DNA of 63,685 bases, counting the filler, from Candidatus Zhuqueibacterota bacterium (GTDB taxonomy: Bacteria > BS750m-G25): NCBI GenBank assembly GCA_016783505.1. It is 6 parts of 4 records of this genome, joined end to end, with 100 filler letters (N's around TTAATTAATTAA, not from the genome) between each part and the next. Parts side by side here need not be neighbours in the genome. Positions count along the whole stretch, not along the records: positions 1,864 to 22,034 come from JADHWK010000005.1; positions 22,135 to 33,203 come from JADHWK010000068.1; 4 more parts are not named here. One strand, 5' to 3'. A model generated the notes under the pieces. It did not search any database. It was not told where the DNA came from and saw nothing but the letters and a program-made list of their open reading frames with translations. This document shows, piece after piece, positions 20,909-30,958 of the stretch (the stretch's first letter is position 1; each line of letters starts with the position of its first letter). Made by a program: the position numbers and the translations under genes.

Positions 20909-21937
20909 CTAAAACTGTAATCTAACTGAAAATCGTTGGGCATTAGTCAGCCTCCCGAAGTCCGCATAAGCATAATCCAATCTCAGGGAGGTGTTCTGAA
21001 AAACACGTAATTTAACCCCTCCGCCAACGGTTAAACCCTCTTCCGAATTCTCATTGAAGAGGGATTTGTAGCCAAACCTGATGGCGGCGAGATCGCCTAA
21101 GACATATTCCGTTCCCAGGTTAAGACTCTCGGCGTTATCACTTGGATTGAAGGCATCAACGGCTATTGTCCAACGATTTCTTTCGCTCTTAAGGACGTCC
21201 ATAGCCACCCCGGCCCTGAAAGCCAGCGGTAGGGGAAAACTGTTGGTCTGAAGATTGGAAACGATCCGGTCGTTGCTACCGTACTTATCCGGGGCTGGAT
21301 CTACTAATATAATCAGGTCCCTGCCCCCCATTTTCATCTTGGGACCAAAATTTGTTATGACGGCCCCTATCCGCATCCCCCTGAACTGGGTAGTGAAAAG
21401 GGTCCCCACATCCAGGGCAAAGCTGCTGGCCGATTCGTTGAAGATGCGTGAATTGATGTACTTTCCGTTAAATCCGATTGAGAATCTATCGGTCAGATTA
21501 ATGGCGTAGGTCAACCCTATGGACAGGTCGCCGGCGCCGAAGAATTCACCAGTACCCTCGGGCTGGGCAATTGTTCTGATCTCCATGTCTTCCATGGAGA
21601 GGGAGGTGATGCTGGCACCCAGGGTGCCGAGACGCCCCAACGGAAAGGTAATCGCCCCGAAATCAAAATTGGTTCCGGCAAGCCATTCTGTATGAATGAG
21701 GGCAATTTCCCCCCCCGGCAGCCTGGCTACGCCGGCCGGATTCCAATAGATAGCGGTGGCGTCGTCGGCCACGGCAACAAACGATCCACCCATGGCCACG
21801 GCCCGGGCCCCAACGTCAATGCCCAGAAACACGGCGCTGCTTGTTCCAACCTTGGTTACATCAGAAATTCCTTGCCCATAAATTGGCATGGTAATGAAGA
21901 GCAGGAACAACATACCAAAGGTTAATTTCTTTTTCAT
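20909..21937 (-). CDS. PorV/PorQ-like (UPF0164) outer-membrane beta-barrel
   Basis: FLGIDVGARAVAMG...VADDATAIYWNPAG, DYAYADFGRL and C-terminal Phe. Confidence 0.88.
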   Translation of the reverse strand: MKKKLTFGMLFLLFITMPIYGQGISDVTKVGTSSAVFLGIDVGARAVAMGGSFVAVADDATAIYWNPAGVARLPGGEIALIHTEWLAGTNFDFGAITFPLGRLGTLGASITSLSMEDMEIRTIAQPEGTGEFFGAGDLSIGLTYAINLTDRFSIGFNGKYINSRIFNESASSFALDVGTLFTTQFRGMRIGAVITNFGPKMKMGGRDLIILVDPAPDKYGSNDRIVSNLQTNSFPLPLAFRAGVAMDVLKSERNRWTIAVDAFNPSDNAESLNLGTEYVLGDLAAIRFGYKSLFNENSEEGLTVGGGVKLRVFQNTSLRLDYAYADFGRLTNAQRFSVRLQF

Positions 21938-22032
21938 TTTTTTAACCCCACGATTATTGTTGCAGCTTCAATTTCTAGGTCCGGGACGATCACCTCATTT
22001 CCTTCAGAGTCATAAAAGTACAACTCAGATGG
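21934..22032 (-). CDS. 3' end of an upstream gene (partial, unknown product)
   Basis: Open frame PSELYFYDSEGNEVIVPDLEIEAATIIVGLKK* whose TGA overlaps the PorV-like ATG (ATGA coupling). Confidence 0.5.
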   Translation of the reverse strand, partial: PSELYFYDSEGNEVIVPDLEIEAATIIVGLKK

Positions 22033-22034
22033 AA

Positions 22035-22134
22035 NNNNNNNNNNNNNNNNNNNNNNNNNNNNNNNNNNNNNNNNNNNNTTAATTAATTAANNNNNNNNNN
22101 NNNNNNNNNNNNNNNNNNNNNNNNNNNNNNNNNN
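22035..22134. other. Artificial contig linker
   Basis: N44-TTAATTAATTAA-N44. Confidence 0.98.
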
Positions 22135-22533
22135 GACGATGCGGAGATCATGTTGGTGACGTCAGCTACAGTGACCGGCACTTCCCGGGTGGTGGTGGAC
22201 AGAATGAGGGACAAGGGGCGAAAGGTGGGTCTTTTGAAGATCCGCCTGTTCCGCCCGTTTCCCTTAGCAGAGGTGAGGAAGGTGTTAATGGGTGTCCCGA
22301 AAGTGGCCGTCATAGACCGGAACATATGTCCCGGTTATGGGGGGATCTTCGCCCAGGAGATCAAATCAGCCCTGTACGGCCAATCCCAAAACGATCATCC
22401 CAGGGTGTTCGGTTTCATTGCCGGACTCGGGGGACGGGATGTCAAACCTGAAGTGATTGAGGAGATTATTCAATATACCGAGGATCATGACCGACCGGAG
22501 GAGGACATCATTTGGATTGGAGTGAAAAAGTAA
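22135..22533 (+). CDS. porA: Pyruvate/2-oxoacid:ferredoxin oxidoreductase alpha subunit, C-terminal part
   Basis: GRKVGLLKIRLFRPFP, VIDRN and FIAGLGGRD motifs; followed by the beta subunit. Confidence 0.88.
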   Translation, partial: DDAEIMLVTSATVTGTSRVVVDRMRDKGRKVGLLKIRLFRPFPLAEVRKVLMGVPKVAVIDRNICPGYGGIFAQEIKSALYGQSQNDHPRVFGFIAGLGGRDVKPEVIEEIIQYTEDHDRPEEDIIWIGVKK

Positions 22534-22788
22534 CCCGAGTCATTTATCATTTCCTCTGAAAATAGACTACCGATAACACGCCTGTCTGCCTCAGGCAGGG
22601 ATAACACAGATTTACACAGATTTTTATAAAGGTTCTGACGCCTTAACTCCCTATGAATTTTAGAATTATGGAGTTTATCCGTATGGATTTTATATTCTTT
22701 CTCTGAAAATTTTTTTCACCGCATCCTCATTTATCCTGTCCCGAAGCTTCGGGATAAAGGTTTCATTAGTCTTTAATCTGGAGATATT

Positions 22789-23694
22789 ATGTTTGAGGTT
22801 TACGAACGCCGGAATTTTATCGTACCCGAAGACGAGATTATGACCCAGGGTCATCTGGGCTGTCCCGGGTGCGGGGCCACCATGTCAATGCGGCTGGCCC
22901 TGAAGGCCCTGGGGAGAAAGACCATTCTGATCATTCCCGCCTGTTGCTGGGCGGTGATTGATGGTCCCTTCCCCTATTCTGCCGCCGGGGTGCCGGTGCT
23001 CCAATGCGCCTTTGAGACGGCGGCCATTTCCGCCTCGGGGGTGAGGGCTGGCCTGGATGTGCAGGGGAAAAGCGATGTTCAGGTGGTAGCTTGGGCGGGG
23101 GATGGGGGAACCTTTGACATCGGGTTGGGTGCTCTGTCGGCAGCAGCGGAGCGAAACGAGAACATCATATACGTTTGTTACGACAACGAGGCCTACATGA
23201 ACACGGGGATCCAGCGGAGCTCGGCTACTCCCTGGGGAGCGTGGACGACTACCACCCCAGCTCGCCATCCTAAAAGTGAGCCCAAGAAAGACCTGATGGG
23301 GATCTTCGCCGCCCACCGCATCCCCTATGCCGCTACAGCTACGGTGGCTTATCCCGATGATCTGATTCAAAAGTTTAAAAAGGCGGTTTCAATCAAGGAT
23401 GGATTGAGGTTACTGCATCTCTTCTCTGCATGTCCCCCGGGACACAAGTCCCTGGAAAGTGAGTCGGTGAAGATCATGCGGCTGGCGGTCCAGACCAGGG
23501 TGTTCCCACTCTACGAGGTGGAAAACGGGGAGAAATGGACCCTGACCGTGGAATCTGAGGGTGTGCCCGTGAACGAGTATCTGAAGCTCCAGGGACGTTT
23601 CCGCCATCTTTCCGAAACGGACAGAGAGAAGATACAAGAAGAAGTGAATGGCAATTGGAAAAGGTTGATGGAAAAGGTAAAGAAAGCGGACTGA
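22789..23694 (+). CDS. porB: Pyruvate/2-ketoisovalerate:ferredoxin oxidoreductase beta subunit (TPP-binding)
   Basis: GH.GCPGCG, GDGGTFDIG, YDNEAYMNTGIQRSSATP and YLKLQGRFRHL. Confidence 0.92.
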   Translation: MFEVYERRNFIVPEDEIMTQGHLGCPGCGATMSMRLALKALGRKTILIIPACCWAVIDGPFPYSAAGVPVLQCAFETAAISASGVRAGLDVQGKSDVQVVAWAGDGGTFDIGLGALSAAAERNENIIYVCYDNEAYMNTGIQRSSATPWGAWTTTTPARHPKSEPKKDLMGIFAAHRIPYAATATVAYPDDLIQKFKKAVSIKDGLRLLHLFSACPPGHKSLESESVKIMRLAVQTRVFPLYEVENGEKWTLTVESEGVPVNEYLKLQGRFRHLSETDREKIQEEVNGNWKRLMEKVKKAD

Positions 23695-24837
23695 GTGATG
23701 GATTTTAAGTTGACCGAAGAACAGCAGATGATCCGGGAAACGGCCCGGGAATTTGCCCAGAATGAACTGGCCCCTGGCGTGGCCGAGCGGGATCGGGACG
23801 AAAATTTTCCCGGAGAACAATTAAAAAAACTTGGAGAACTGGGGTTTATGGGGATCACCGTCCCCGAAGAATATGGGGGTGCCGGGCTGGACCCTATCTG
23901 CTCTTGCCTGGCTATCGAGGAGATATCCAAAATTGACGCTTCTATGGGGGTGATCCTATCGGTGACGAATTCCTTAGCCTGCCATCCCATCGAGCGATTC
24001 GGCACCGAAGAGCAGAAGCGGAGGTATTTGGTGCCCCTGGCGTCGGGCCAAATGCTGGGGGGGTTTTCCATGTCTGAACCCGGGGCTGGTTCCGATGCCG
24101 CAGCCTTGACCACCACCGCCGTAAGGGACGGAGACTTTTATGTGATTAACGGTGGAAAAAACTTTGTTACCAGTGGAAAGAACGGGGACGTTTTCATCCT
24201 GATGGCGGTCACCGATAAAGCCAAGGGCGCGAAGGGAATCAGCGCTTTTATCCTGGAACAGGGGACTCCGGGCATGACGGTGGGCCACAAGGAGAAAAAG
24301 CTGGGCATCCGGGGTTCGGACACCACCTCTTTTTCCTTTGATGATTGTCGTATCCCCAAGGAAAACCTCCTGGGAGAGGAGGAGATGGGGTTTAAGATCG
24401 CCCTTACCGCTCTGGATTCAGGCCGGTTGGGCATCGCCTGTCAGGCGCTGGGTATCGCCGGGGCGGCATTGGATGAATCAATCAAATATTCCAAGGAAAG
24501 AAAGCAGTTCGGCAAGTTCCTTTCTGAATTTCAGGCAATTCAGTTCAAGCTGGCCGATATGGAGACCCAGATCAACGCCACCCGGCTGCTGATCTATCAG
24601 GCGGCAATGAAGAAAGATAGGGGGGATCGCTACTCCAAAGAGGCGGCTATGGCCAAGCTGTACGCCTCCGAGGTGGCCATGCGCTGCTCCATCGAGGCGG
24701 TGCAAATCCATGGGGGATACGGGTACACCAAGGACTATCCAGTGGAGCGGTTCATGCGGGATGCCAAGATCACCGAGATCTACGAGGGGACATCAGAAGT
24801 GCAGAGGATGGTGATTGCGAATTCTCTTTTAAGATAG
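23695..24837 (+). CDS. Short/branched-chain acyl-CoA dehydrogenase (Bcd-like)
   Basis: SEPGAGSDA, KLGIRGSDT, RKQFGK, QIHGGYGY and IYEGTSEVQR. Confidence 0.95.
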   Translation: MMDFKLTEEQQMIRETAREFAQNELAPGVAERDRDENFPGEQLKKLGELGFMGITVPEEYGGAGLDPICSCLAIEEISKIDASMGVILSVTNSLACHPIERFGTEEQKRRYLVPLASGQMLGGFSMSEPGAGSDAAALTTTAVRDGDFYVINGGKNFVTSGKNGDVFILMAVTDKAKGAKGISAFILEQGTPGMTVGHKEKKLGIRGSDTTSFSFDDCRIPKENLLGEEEMGFKIALTALDSGRLGIACQALGIAGAALDESIKYSKERKQFGKFLSEFQAIQFKLADMETQINATRLLIYQAAMKKDRGDRYSKEAAMAKLYASEVAMRCSIEAVQIHGGYGYTKDYPVERFMRDAKITEIYEGTSEVQRMVIANSLLR

Positions 24838-24849
24838 AATCTCTATTTT

Positions 24850-24898
24850 TTCCCACGATTCCCAGCATTCCCAAACTTTCCCAGGATTCCCAGGGAAA
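24850..24898. repeat. Five short imperfect direct repeats of TTCCCA(N3-4)
   Basis: ttttcccacg attcccagc attcccaaa ctttcccagg attcccaggg read directly from the sequence. Confidence 0.7.
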
Positions 24899-25034
24899 TT
24901 CATGAGGTGCCAGAGTCGGGAATAGAAGAACTTGGTTTGTCTATCACTCCAAATGAGAAAATAACACAAATTTGATTTGTTTATCCACTAGTTAGATGAA
25001 ATTGCTGCCCTTAGAAAACGAAAGGAGGTTTAAA

Positions 25035-25988
25035 ATGAAGCGTTTAATTATCATAATAGTAACAGTAGTCTTGGGCGTAACATTTTTAACAAGTTGTGCC
25101 CGAAAGCCAGAGAAAGTAAAAATCGGCTATCAAAAGACGGAAATCTACCAGCATTTCTTCACTGCGGTCGAAAGGGGATTCTTTAAAGCAGAAGGGGTTG
25201 AAGTTGAGCCAGTGGAGTTTGCCTCAGCGAACTTGATGGCCGAAGCTCTCATCGCGGGAAGAATTGATGGAACTGCTACCAGTGCTTTCCCTGTTATTTT
25301 TTCCGTCGAGCAGAATAATCCAGGACAGTTCAAGATTTACATAGTTAACGTGATCACCGAAACTGCCTTCCCAGATTATATCTTGGTAAAGAAAGATTCA
25401 AAGATGAATAGCCTCTCGGAGCTCAAAGGGAAAAAGATAGGAACATACCCAGGCTCAACTATACTCACTTATACCAAAATTATTCTAAAACACTTTATGA
25501 ATCCTGATGAGGATATTACGATAGTTCAACTTAAACCTGTACTTCAGCTTCAAGCCCTTGAAACTGGCCAAGTAGATGCAATATTTGCTTTGGAGCCTAT
25601 AGCCTCGGTGGGAATAGTGAGGGGTATTGCACGGGTGCTGGAGGAAGCACCCGTGGCCAAATATGTTATGGAGTCTCTCCCTGGGTCGGGCAGTACGTTC
25701 TCATCAAGGTTTCTGAAAAATTACCCTAAGGCCGCAGAAAAAGTAAAAAGGGCAATGTATCGAGCATTAGACTTTCTGAACGATCCTAAAAATATCGAGG
25801 AAGCTAGAAGTATACTTGGGGAATGGACAGAAATAGATCCAGAGGTTATAGAAAGACTTCGACCCTTAAAATACTGGAAGCTGGAAGATATAGACCGAGG
25901 AGCGGTTCAGAAGCTTGCGGACCTACTTTTTGAATGGGGTGCTTTAGAAAAGAAAATAGACACTTCTAATCTTTACTATGGCCAATAA
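25035..25988 (+). CDS. NitT/TauT (SsuA/TauA/NMT1-like) ABC substrate-binding lipoprotein
   Basis: AGGAGG RBS before ATG 25035, lipobox FLTSC, AVERGFFKAEG and LKGKKIG. Confidence 0.88.
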   Translation: MKRLIIIIVTVVLGVTFLTSCARKPEKVKIGYQKTEIYQHFFTAVERGFFKAEGVEVEPVEFASANLMAEALIAGRIDGTATSAFPVIFSVEQNNPGQFKIYIVNVITETAFPDYILVKKDSKMNSLSELKGKKIGTYPGSTILTYTKIILKHFMNPDEDITIVQLKPVLQLQALETGQVDAIFALEPIASVGIVRGIARVLEEAPVAKYVMESLPGSGSTFSSRFLKNYPKAAEKVKRAMYRALDFLNDPKNIEEARSILGEWTEIDPEVIERLRPLKYWKLEDIDRGAVQKLADLLFEWGALEKKIDTSNLYYGQ

Positions 25989-26003
25989 AATAGGTTAACA
26001 AAA

Positions 26004-26780
26004 ATGGAGAATTCCGTAATTGTAAGAAATCTATACAAGTCCTTTCCAAAAGACATAAAAAAATCCTCATATGTATCGATCATTGAGGATGTCAGTATAG
26101 AGATCAAATCTGGTGAATTTGTTACGTTCTTTGGCCCAAATGGCTGTGGAAAGACTACATTTCTTAATGTCTTGTCCGGTTTGTTACCCCCAGACGAGGG
26201 TGAGATACTAATTCAAGGGAAAAATCCGGGTACAACCAAAATAGGGTACATTTTTCAAAACTTTCCAGAGACTCTCTTCCCATGGCGGAAGAATATTGAC
26301 AACATCGCCTTCCCTTTAGAGCTCAAAGGCATGTCAAAAGTTGAAAGATATAAGAATGTTATCGAGTTAGAGAGAAGTCTTGGAATAGAAATTGATAATG
26401 GTCTCTATCCTTATAAACTAAGTAGCGGCCAACAACAACTTGTGGCGATAGCAAGAGCCCTTATTGATCAACCTTACGTCCTTCTAATGGATGAGCCATT
26501 TAATGCTTTAGACTTTCAAACCCGTGTGTTTGTGGAAGACAAGATATTGGACATTTGGGAAAAAACGAAGACTACGATACTGTTCGTTTCCCACGACATA
26601 GACGAGTCTATTTATTTAGCTGACAGAGTGGTTTTTTTTACCAAAATGCCGGCAAAAATAGCTTGTATAATGGAAGTTAATCTTCCCCGTCCGAGACACC
26701 AACAGATGATGACATCTAAGGAATTTTTTAGCCTGAGGAGCAAGGCGATAGAAATCTTTAGGAAGGTAATGGAGAGATGA
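26004..26780 (+). CDS. NitT/TauT ABC ATP-binding subunit
   Basis: GPNGCGKT, LSSGQQQ, MDEPFNALD, VSHDIDE and LPRPR. Confidence 0.92.
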   Translation: MENSVIVRNLYKSFPKDIKKSSYVSIIEDVSIEIKSGEFVTFFGPNGCGKTTFLNVLSGLLPPDEGEILIQGKNPGTTKIGYIFQNFPETLFPWRKNIDNIAFPLELKGMSKVERYKNVIELERSLGIEIDNGLYPYKLSSGQQQLVAIARALIDQPYVLLMDEPFNALDFQTRVFVEDKILDIWEKTKTTILFVSHDIDESIYLADRVVFFTKMPAKIACIMEVNLPRPRHQQMMTSKEFFSLRSKAIEIFRKVMER

Positions 26781-27520
26781 GAAAGGAACTTATTGTAGGC
26801 CCCATAGTATTTTTATTGATTTGGGCTCTTTTCAGTTACCTAAAAATCGTAAATCCAGTTCTAATTCCAACCCCATGGGCAGTAATAGTTAGATTTACTG
26901 AACTATTCTATAGGGGTGAGATTTGGGCAGATTTGCTTGCTACACTCTATAGGCTCTTGTTTGGATTTGCTTTGTCTATCGTCGTTGGAATTCCATTAGG
27001 TCTGATATTAGGCTCGTCAAAAAGGCTTTCGGATTCCTTCGAGTTTCTTATTGATTTCTTCCGTTCAATCCCTGCTTCGGCACTTTTCCCTATGTTCTTA
27101 CTTTTCTTTGGCATCGGTGATAAGGCGAAAGTTTCGGTAGTTGTTTTCTCCTGTTCTCTCATCATCATAATTTATACAATGTATGGGGTCAGAAATTGCA
27201 AAGAATCACGAATAAGAGTCGCTAAGGTTATGAAAGCAAATAAATTCTCCATATTTACTAAGGTGATTTTCCCAGAGTCATTACCTCATATCTTCGCTGG
27301 TGTGAGAATAAGCATTTCTATTGCTTTGATTCTGGTTGTTGTTACCGAGATGTTCATTGGAACCAAATATGGATTGGGTAGGTTAATATATGATTCTCAC
27401 CTGATGTTTCGGCTCTCTACAATGTATGCGGCGATCTTGATTGCTGGGATACTCGGTTATATGCTAAATAAGATATTTATGGTAGTGGAATCGAAGGTTT
27501 TTCATTGGGCTGGGAAGTAA
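26777..27520 (+). CDS. NitT/TauT ABC permease
   Basis: IPTP, FRSIP, FPESLP..FAGVR and VVTEM..GLG. Confidence 0.9.
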   Translation: MRKELIVGPIVFLLIWALFSYLKIVNPVLIPTPWAVIVRFTELFYRGEIWADLLATLYRLLFGFALSIVVGIPLGLILGSSKRLSDSFEFLIDFFRSIPASALFPMFLLFFGIGDKAKVSVVVFSCSLIIIIYTMYGVRNCKESRIRVAKVMKANKFSIFTKVIFPESLPHIFAGVRISISIALILVVVTEMFIGTKYGLGRLIYDSHLMFRLSTMYAAILIAGILGYMLNKIFMVVESKVFHWAGK

Positions 27521-27526
27521 GGCTTT

Positions 27527-28396
27527 ATGGATGGCAAGCTAAAATTTGAGGAAGATAAGCTAAAAGGTAAGGTCATTGTGGTATCGCAAAAAGAAGAGAT
27601 TTTTGCGGAGAACTACATCTGGAATTGCAAGAATAAAGTGGTTTATGGTCCTATTCTATCCCGCAGACTTGGCAAGTCGCTGGGTATTAACCTTTTCCCC
27701 TCAGATTTTAATATCTGCACTTTCGACTGTATTTATTGTGATTGTGGTCCTACAAAAAGAAACACGGTTAACACCTACAACTTTGCCTCCATGGAAAAGA
27801 TTAAAGATGAGTTAGAACACTCATTTGAACACCACTCGCAAAATCGGACTCCCATTGACTATATCACATTTGCAGGTAACGGAGAGCCGACTTACTATCC
27901 CTTCTTTCCTGAAATAGTGAACTTTGTATTAGAATTACGAGATAAGTATTTCCCTCAAAAACCATTGGCTATATTCTCTAACGGGACGATGATATCCAAG
28001 CAGGAAGTTATCGAATCAATAGAAAAACTGGATGAAAGAATCTTCAAGCTCGATGCCGGAGATGAAAGGACATTCAAGTTAATCAGCCGGCCAAATAACA
28101 ATGTTTCCTTTGAAGAGATTGTTGATAGACTTGCTAACTTAAAGGGAATAAAGATTTCCTCAGCAGTTCTCTGTTCGGGCATTAGGAACCTTGGTTCATT
28201 AAAGAATTGCGGTTATATCGAGGCACTGAAGAAAATAGAGCCTCACGAGGTTCATCTCTATAGTATCGATTATCCACCAGCGTATCGGGGAATTAGACGA
28301 GCCAGAGTTTCAAAAATGCTCGAACTTGGCCAATATATAACCAGTAATATGGACATTGCAGTAAAAGTTCTTCGAGCAAGAAAGGCTTGGAGGTAG
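27527..28396 (+). CDS. Radical SAM protein (COG0731/TYW1-like group)
   Basis: YGPILSRRLGKSLGINL, CxxxCxxC (CTFDCIYC), TFAGNGEPT and KLDAG. Confidence 0.88.
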   Translation: MDGKLKFEEDKLKGKVIVVSQKEEIFAENYIWNCKNKVVYGPILSRRLGKSLGINLFPSDFNICTFDCIYCDCGPTKRNTVNTYNFASMEKIKDELEHSFEHHSQNRTPIDYITFAGNGEPTYYPFFPEIVNFVLELRDKYFPQKPLAIFSNGTMISKQEVIESIEKLDERIFKLDAGDERTFKLISRPNNNVSFEEIVDRLANLKGIKISSAVLCSGIRNLGSLKNCGYIEALKKIEPHEVHLYSIDYPPAYRGIRRARVSKMLELGQYITSNMDIAVKVLRARKAWR

Positions 28397-28403
28397 TAGA
28401 ATA

Positions 28404-29774
28404 GTGAACATTTTATTAATACATCCCGATTTCAGACGTAATATAGAAATCCGAGACTATTGGGAAGGATTTAATCCTCCTTCACTGGTGGTAAATTATT
28501 TGGCTTCCATCCTTAAACAATACAATCATAGAGTAGTTGTTCTTGATTCCCTTTTTCAATTTTTCAGGACTGGCTTTAAGCGCGAAGTAGATCTATCAGA
28601 TGGATTAGAAGACATGATAAAAGAAGAAAAAATAGAAGTTGTGGGTATGAGTGTTACTTCTCCTTCTCGATTAATTGCCCTAAATCTTGCTAGTGTAATT
28701 AAGAGGGTAAATCCACAAATAAAGATTATATGGGGTGGCCCTCATCCCACATTAGTAGGCGAAAGAATTTTGGAATATGAACCATTAATTGATTTTTTAA
28801 TTTTGGGAGAGGGGGAAGATAATTTACCAGATTTGGTAAATGCCCTCGAGGAAAGAGATTTTAAAAGATTAGAAAAGATCGGTGGATTAGCATTTAGAAG
28901 GAACGGCGAAATTATTCGAACTCATGACAATCTTTCTATTCAGGATTTAGACATCTATCCTTTTACTGTTTATGACCAATATATAAAATTTGCACCACAA
29001 AAATCGTTAACGACTGTTTCGATAACTACAGTTCGTGGTTGTCCTTTCTATTGTAATTATTGTGGATCCAAGGTGATTTACAAGAGCAAGTCAAGAATGA
29101 GATCTATTGAGAATGTTATACAAGAAATTAAATATTTAGCAGAAGAACATAAGATTAAAAGGATTCTATTTAACGATGAAACTTTTTCATTTCCTCTGGA
29201 TCGTGCAAAAGCATTGCTTCGGGCTCTATCAGGTGAGAATATCCATCTTGAACTTGAATGCCAAACAAGGTTTGATGTTGTTGATAATGAATTTTTGAAG
29301 TGTTTTAAACAAGCAGGGGGGAGATCAATATTTTTTGGTATGGAATCCGGCTCGGAAAGGATTAGGGAATTAATGGGGAAAATCTCTTATATAAATAACA
29401 AGGTGGTAGAAATATCCCAACTGGTTAAGAAGCATGGCATCCGATTAGGAATCCATACAATGTTCGGATATCCAACGGAAACACCGGAAGATATAAGGAA
29501 AACAGAAGAGATATTAGAGAAGGTAAAGCCACATGAAATTACGGCCCACATCACCCATGTCCATCCTGGAACAAAAGTGTATAAGAATAGCGAATATACA
29601 ATTGAGGATTGGCTCAAAAGAGATCGAGATTTCTTTCCTTATGAAACCTCAGCACGGAAATTAAGGGAATTGAGAAGAATCTGTAATTATTTTGAACAAC
29701 GGTTTACTTCTAAGAGGACTGAGAGAAGCGGATTTCTTAGAGACTTTGGCTCAGCTATAGAAGTTGTGTATTAA
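28404..29774 (+). CDS. Cobalamin-binding radical SAM protein (class B methyltransferase-like)
   Basis: WGGPHPT and GEGE B12-domain motifs, RGCPFYCNYC, GMESGS and GYPTET. Confidence 0.92.
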   Translation: MNILLIHPDFRRNIEIRDYWEGFNPPSLVVNYLASILKQYNHRVVVLDSLFQFFRTGFKREVDLSDGLEDMIKEEKIEVVGMSVTSPSRLIALNLASVIKRVNPQIKIIWGGPHPTLVGERILEYEPLIDFLILGEGEDNLPDLVNALEERDFKRLEKIGGLAFRRNGEIIRTHDNLSIQDLDIYPFTVYDQYIKFAPQKSLTTVSITTVRGCPFYCNYCGSKVIYKSKSRMRSIENVIQEIKYLAEEHKIKRILFNDETFSFPLDRAKALLRALSGENIHLELECQTRFDVVDNEFLKCFKQAGGRSIFFGMESGSERIRELMGKISYINNKVVEISQLVKKHGIRLGIHTMFGYPTETPEDIRKTEEILEKVKPHEITAHITHVHPGTKVYKNSEYTIEDWLKRDRDFFPYETSARKLRELRRICNYFEQRFTSKRTERSGFLRDFGSAIEVVY

Positions 29775-29793
29775 GAATGAAAGGTAAACAACC

Positions 29794-30426
29794 ATGTCAG
29801 ATTTTGACAAGAAAAAACAAAAGGAGATAATTCTACCGCAACTTTATGAATTAATACGGCACACTGCTACTCGACGACATACGTATCTGAATATATACTT
29901 GTTGATCCTTGGGGCATACTTAGCCGCCGTTATAAGAATTCTTACAGATAATGGCTTCCCGATCTGGGGAGTATTCCAACAACTTTTGGGCTGGGGAGCA
30001 GTGGTTATATTCTTTATCACTTTAGTATTCTTATTCATATCTCTAAGACATATCGCCTTTTTGGAGACTTTTCGAGACAATATAAAATCCATAACAGGAG
30101 AAAGTAATGATGGAGGCGAAAGTAATAATGAAGATAAGGAGAGGAAATCAATTTTTGGTAAAGTTGAGAAGTTTTTTGAGAAACGAAAGATAGAGATACG
30201 AGAAGGACATCTGGTAATATTTATGAAATTCGTCTTTATGTTAGTACTTATCTCGACTACTCTAATTATTTACAACGGTGAGGTACTATTATTGCCATTC
30301 ATAATTGAGATTATACTTTTAGGTATTTCGATTTTCTCCGTACGTTATAGGAAACTTTTCTTCAGGCCTCCTAAAACATTCTTGGTACCAAGACAGTTGT
30401 TAAATCATTCTAAGAGATCAAAATAA
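29794..30426 (+). CDS. Hypothetical membrane protein (about 4 TM helices)
   Basis: 210-aa ORF with hydrophobic segments, 19 nt after the radical SAM gene. Confidence 0.6.
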   Translation: MSDFDKKKQKEIILPQLYELIRHTATRRHTYLNIYLLILGAYLAAVIRILTDNGFPIWGVFQQLLGWGAVVIFFITLVFLFISLRHIAFLETFRDNIKSITGESNDGGESNNEDKERKSIFGKVEKFFEKRKIEIREGHLVIFMKFVFMLVLISTTLIIYNGEVLLLPFIIEIILLGISIFSVRYRKLFFRPPKTFLVPRQLLNHSKRSK

Positions 30427-30503
30427 GCAAGTTTATATAGGGTTGAGGCGCCTGTCTTGAGGTACTTAGCGACTTCTTCTATAGTCATTATTTCTTCAGC
30501 CAT
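30405..30503 (-). pseudogene. Truncated excisionase-family (HTH_17) DNA-binding gene
   Basis: MAEEIMTIEEVAKYLKTGASTLYKLA followed by unrelated YFDLLE*. The typical GKIP..K.G..WRF half is missing. Confidence 0.7.
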
Positions 30504-30819
30504 AGTACCCCATCTTGTAATCAAAAAAATTACCAATATTTAGCAACAAATAAAATTAATAAATGGTTTAGAAAATAGCAAAAACTGGAAGCAATATCAG
30601 GGGCAAATAAGATAAGGTTCTGGAGGGATAAAGGAAGGGGAAATTTAGAAGATGCAGATCTACTTTTAGGATACGATAAAGACGATTATGAAGAATGGAA
30701 CTAATACTTTGCTGGACACTAGAACTTTCTTGGCGAAAAACAGATTAAACATTTGGCAATGTTATCTAGGGAAGCTTCGCCTAAAACCGACGAGGTGTGA
30801 GAAACATAAATTGGGAGAA

Positions 30820-30958
30820 ACTTCGAATTGCAAAATATAAAATGCAAAGTACAAAAGTCAAAATTACTTTTTCTTTCCTTACGGGTTCGTTAAGGCAACC
30901 TCCTGCCTTTCATTTTGCATTTTTTCCCGAAATTTCGGGACATTCTGCATTTTGCATT
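30820..30958. repeat. Inverted heptamer (AAATGCA / TGCATTT) repeat element with a nested TCCCGA palindrome
   Basis: aattgcaaaatataaaatgcaaag ... cattttgcatttt-TCCCGAAATTTCGGGA-cattctgcattttgcatt. Confidence 0.7.

Noticed and set aside
24906-24927. Intact tRNA gene
   Set aside because: Only a 3'-end-like 22-mer is present with no D or anticodon arm. It is reported only as a possible att remnant.
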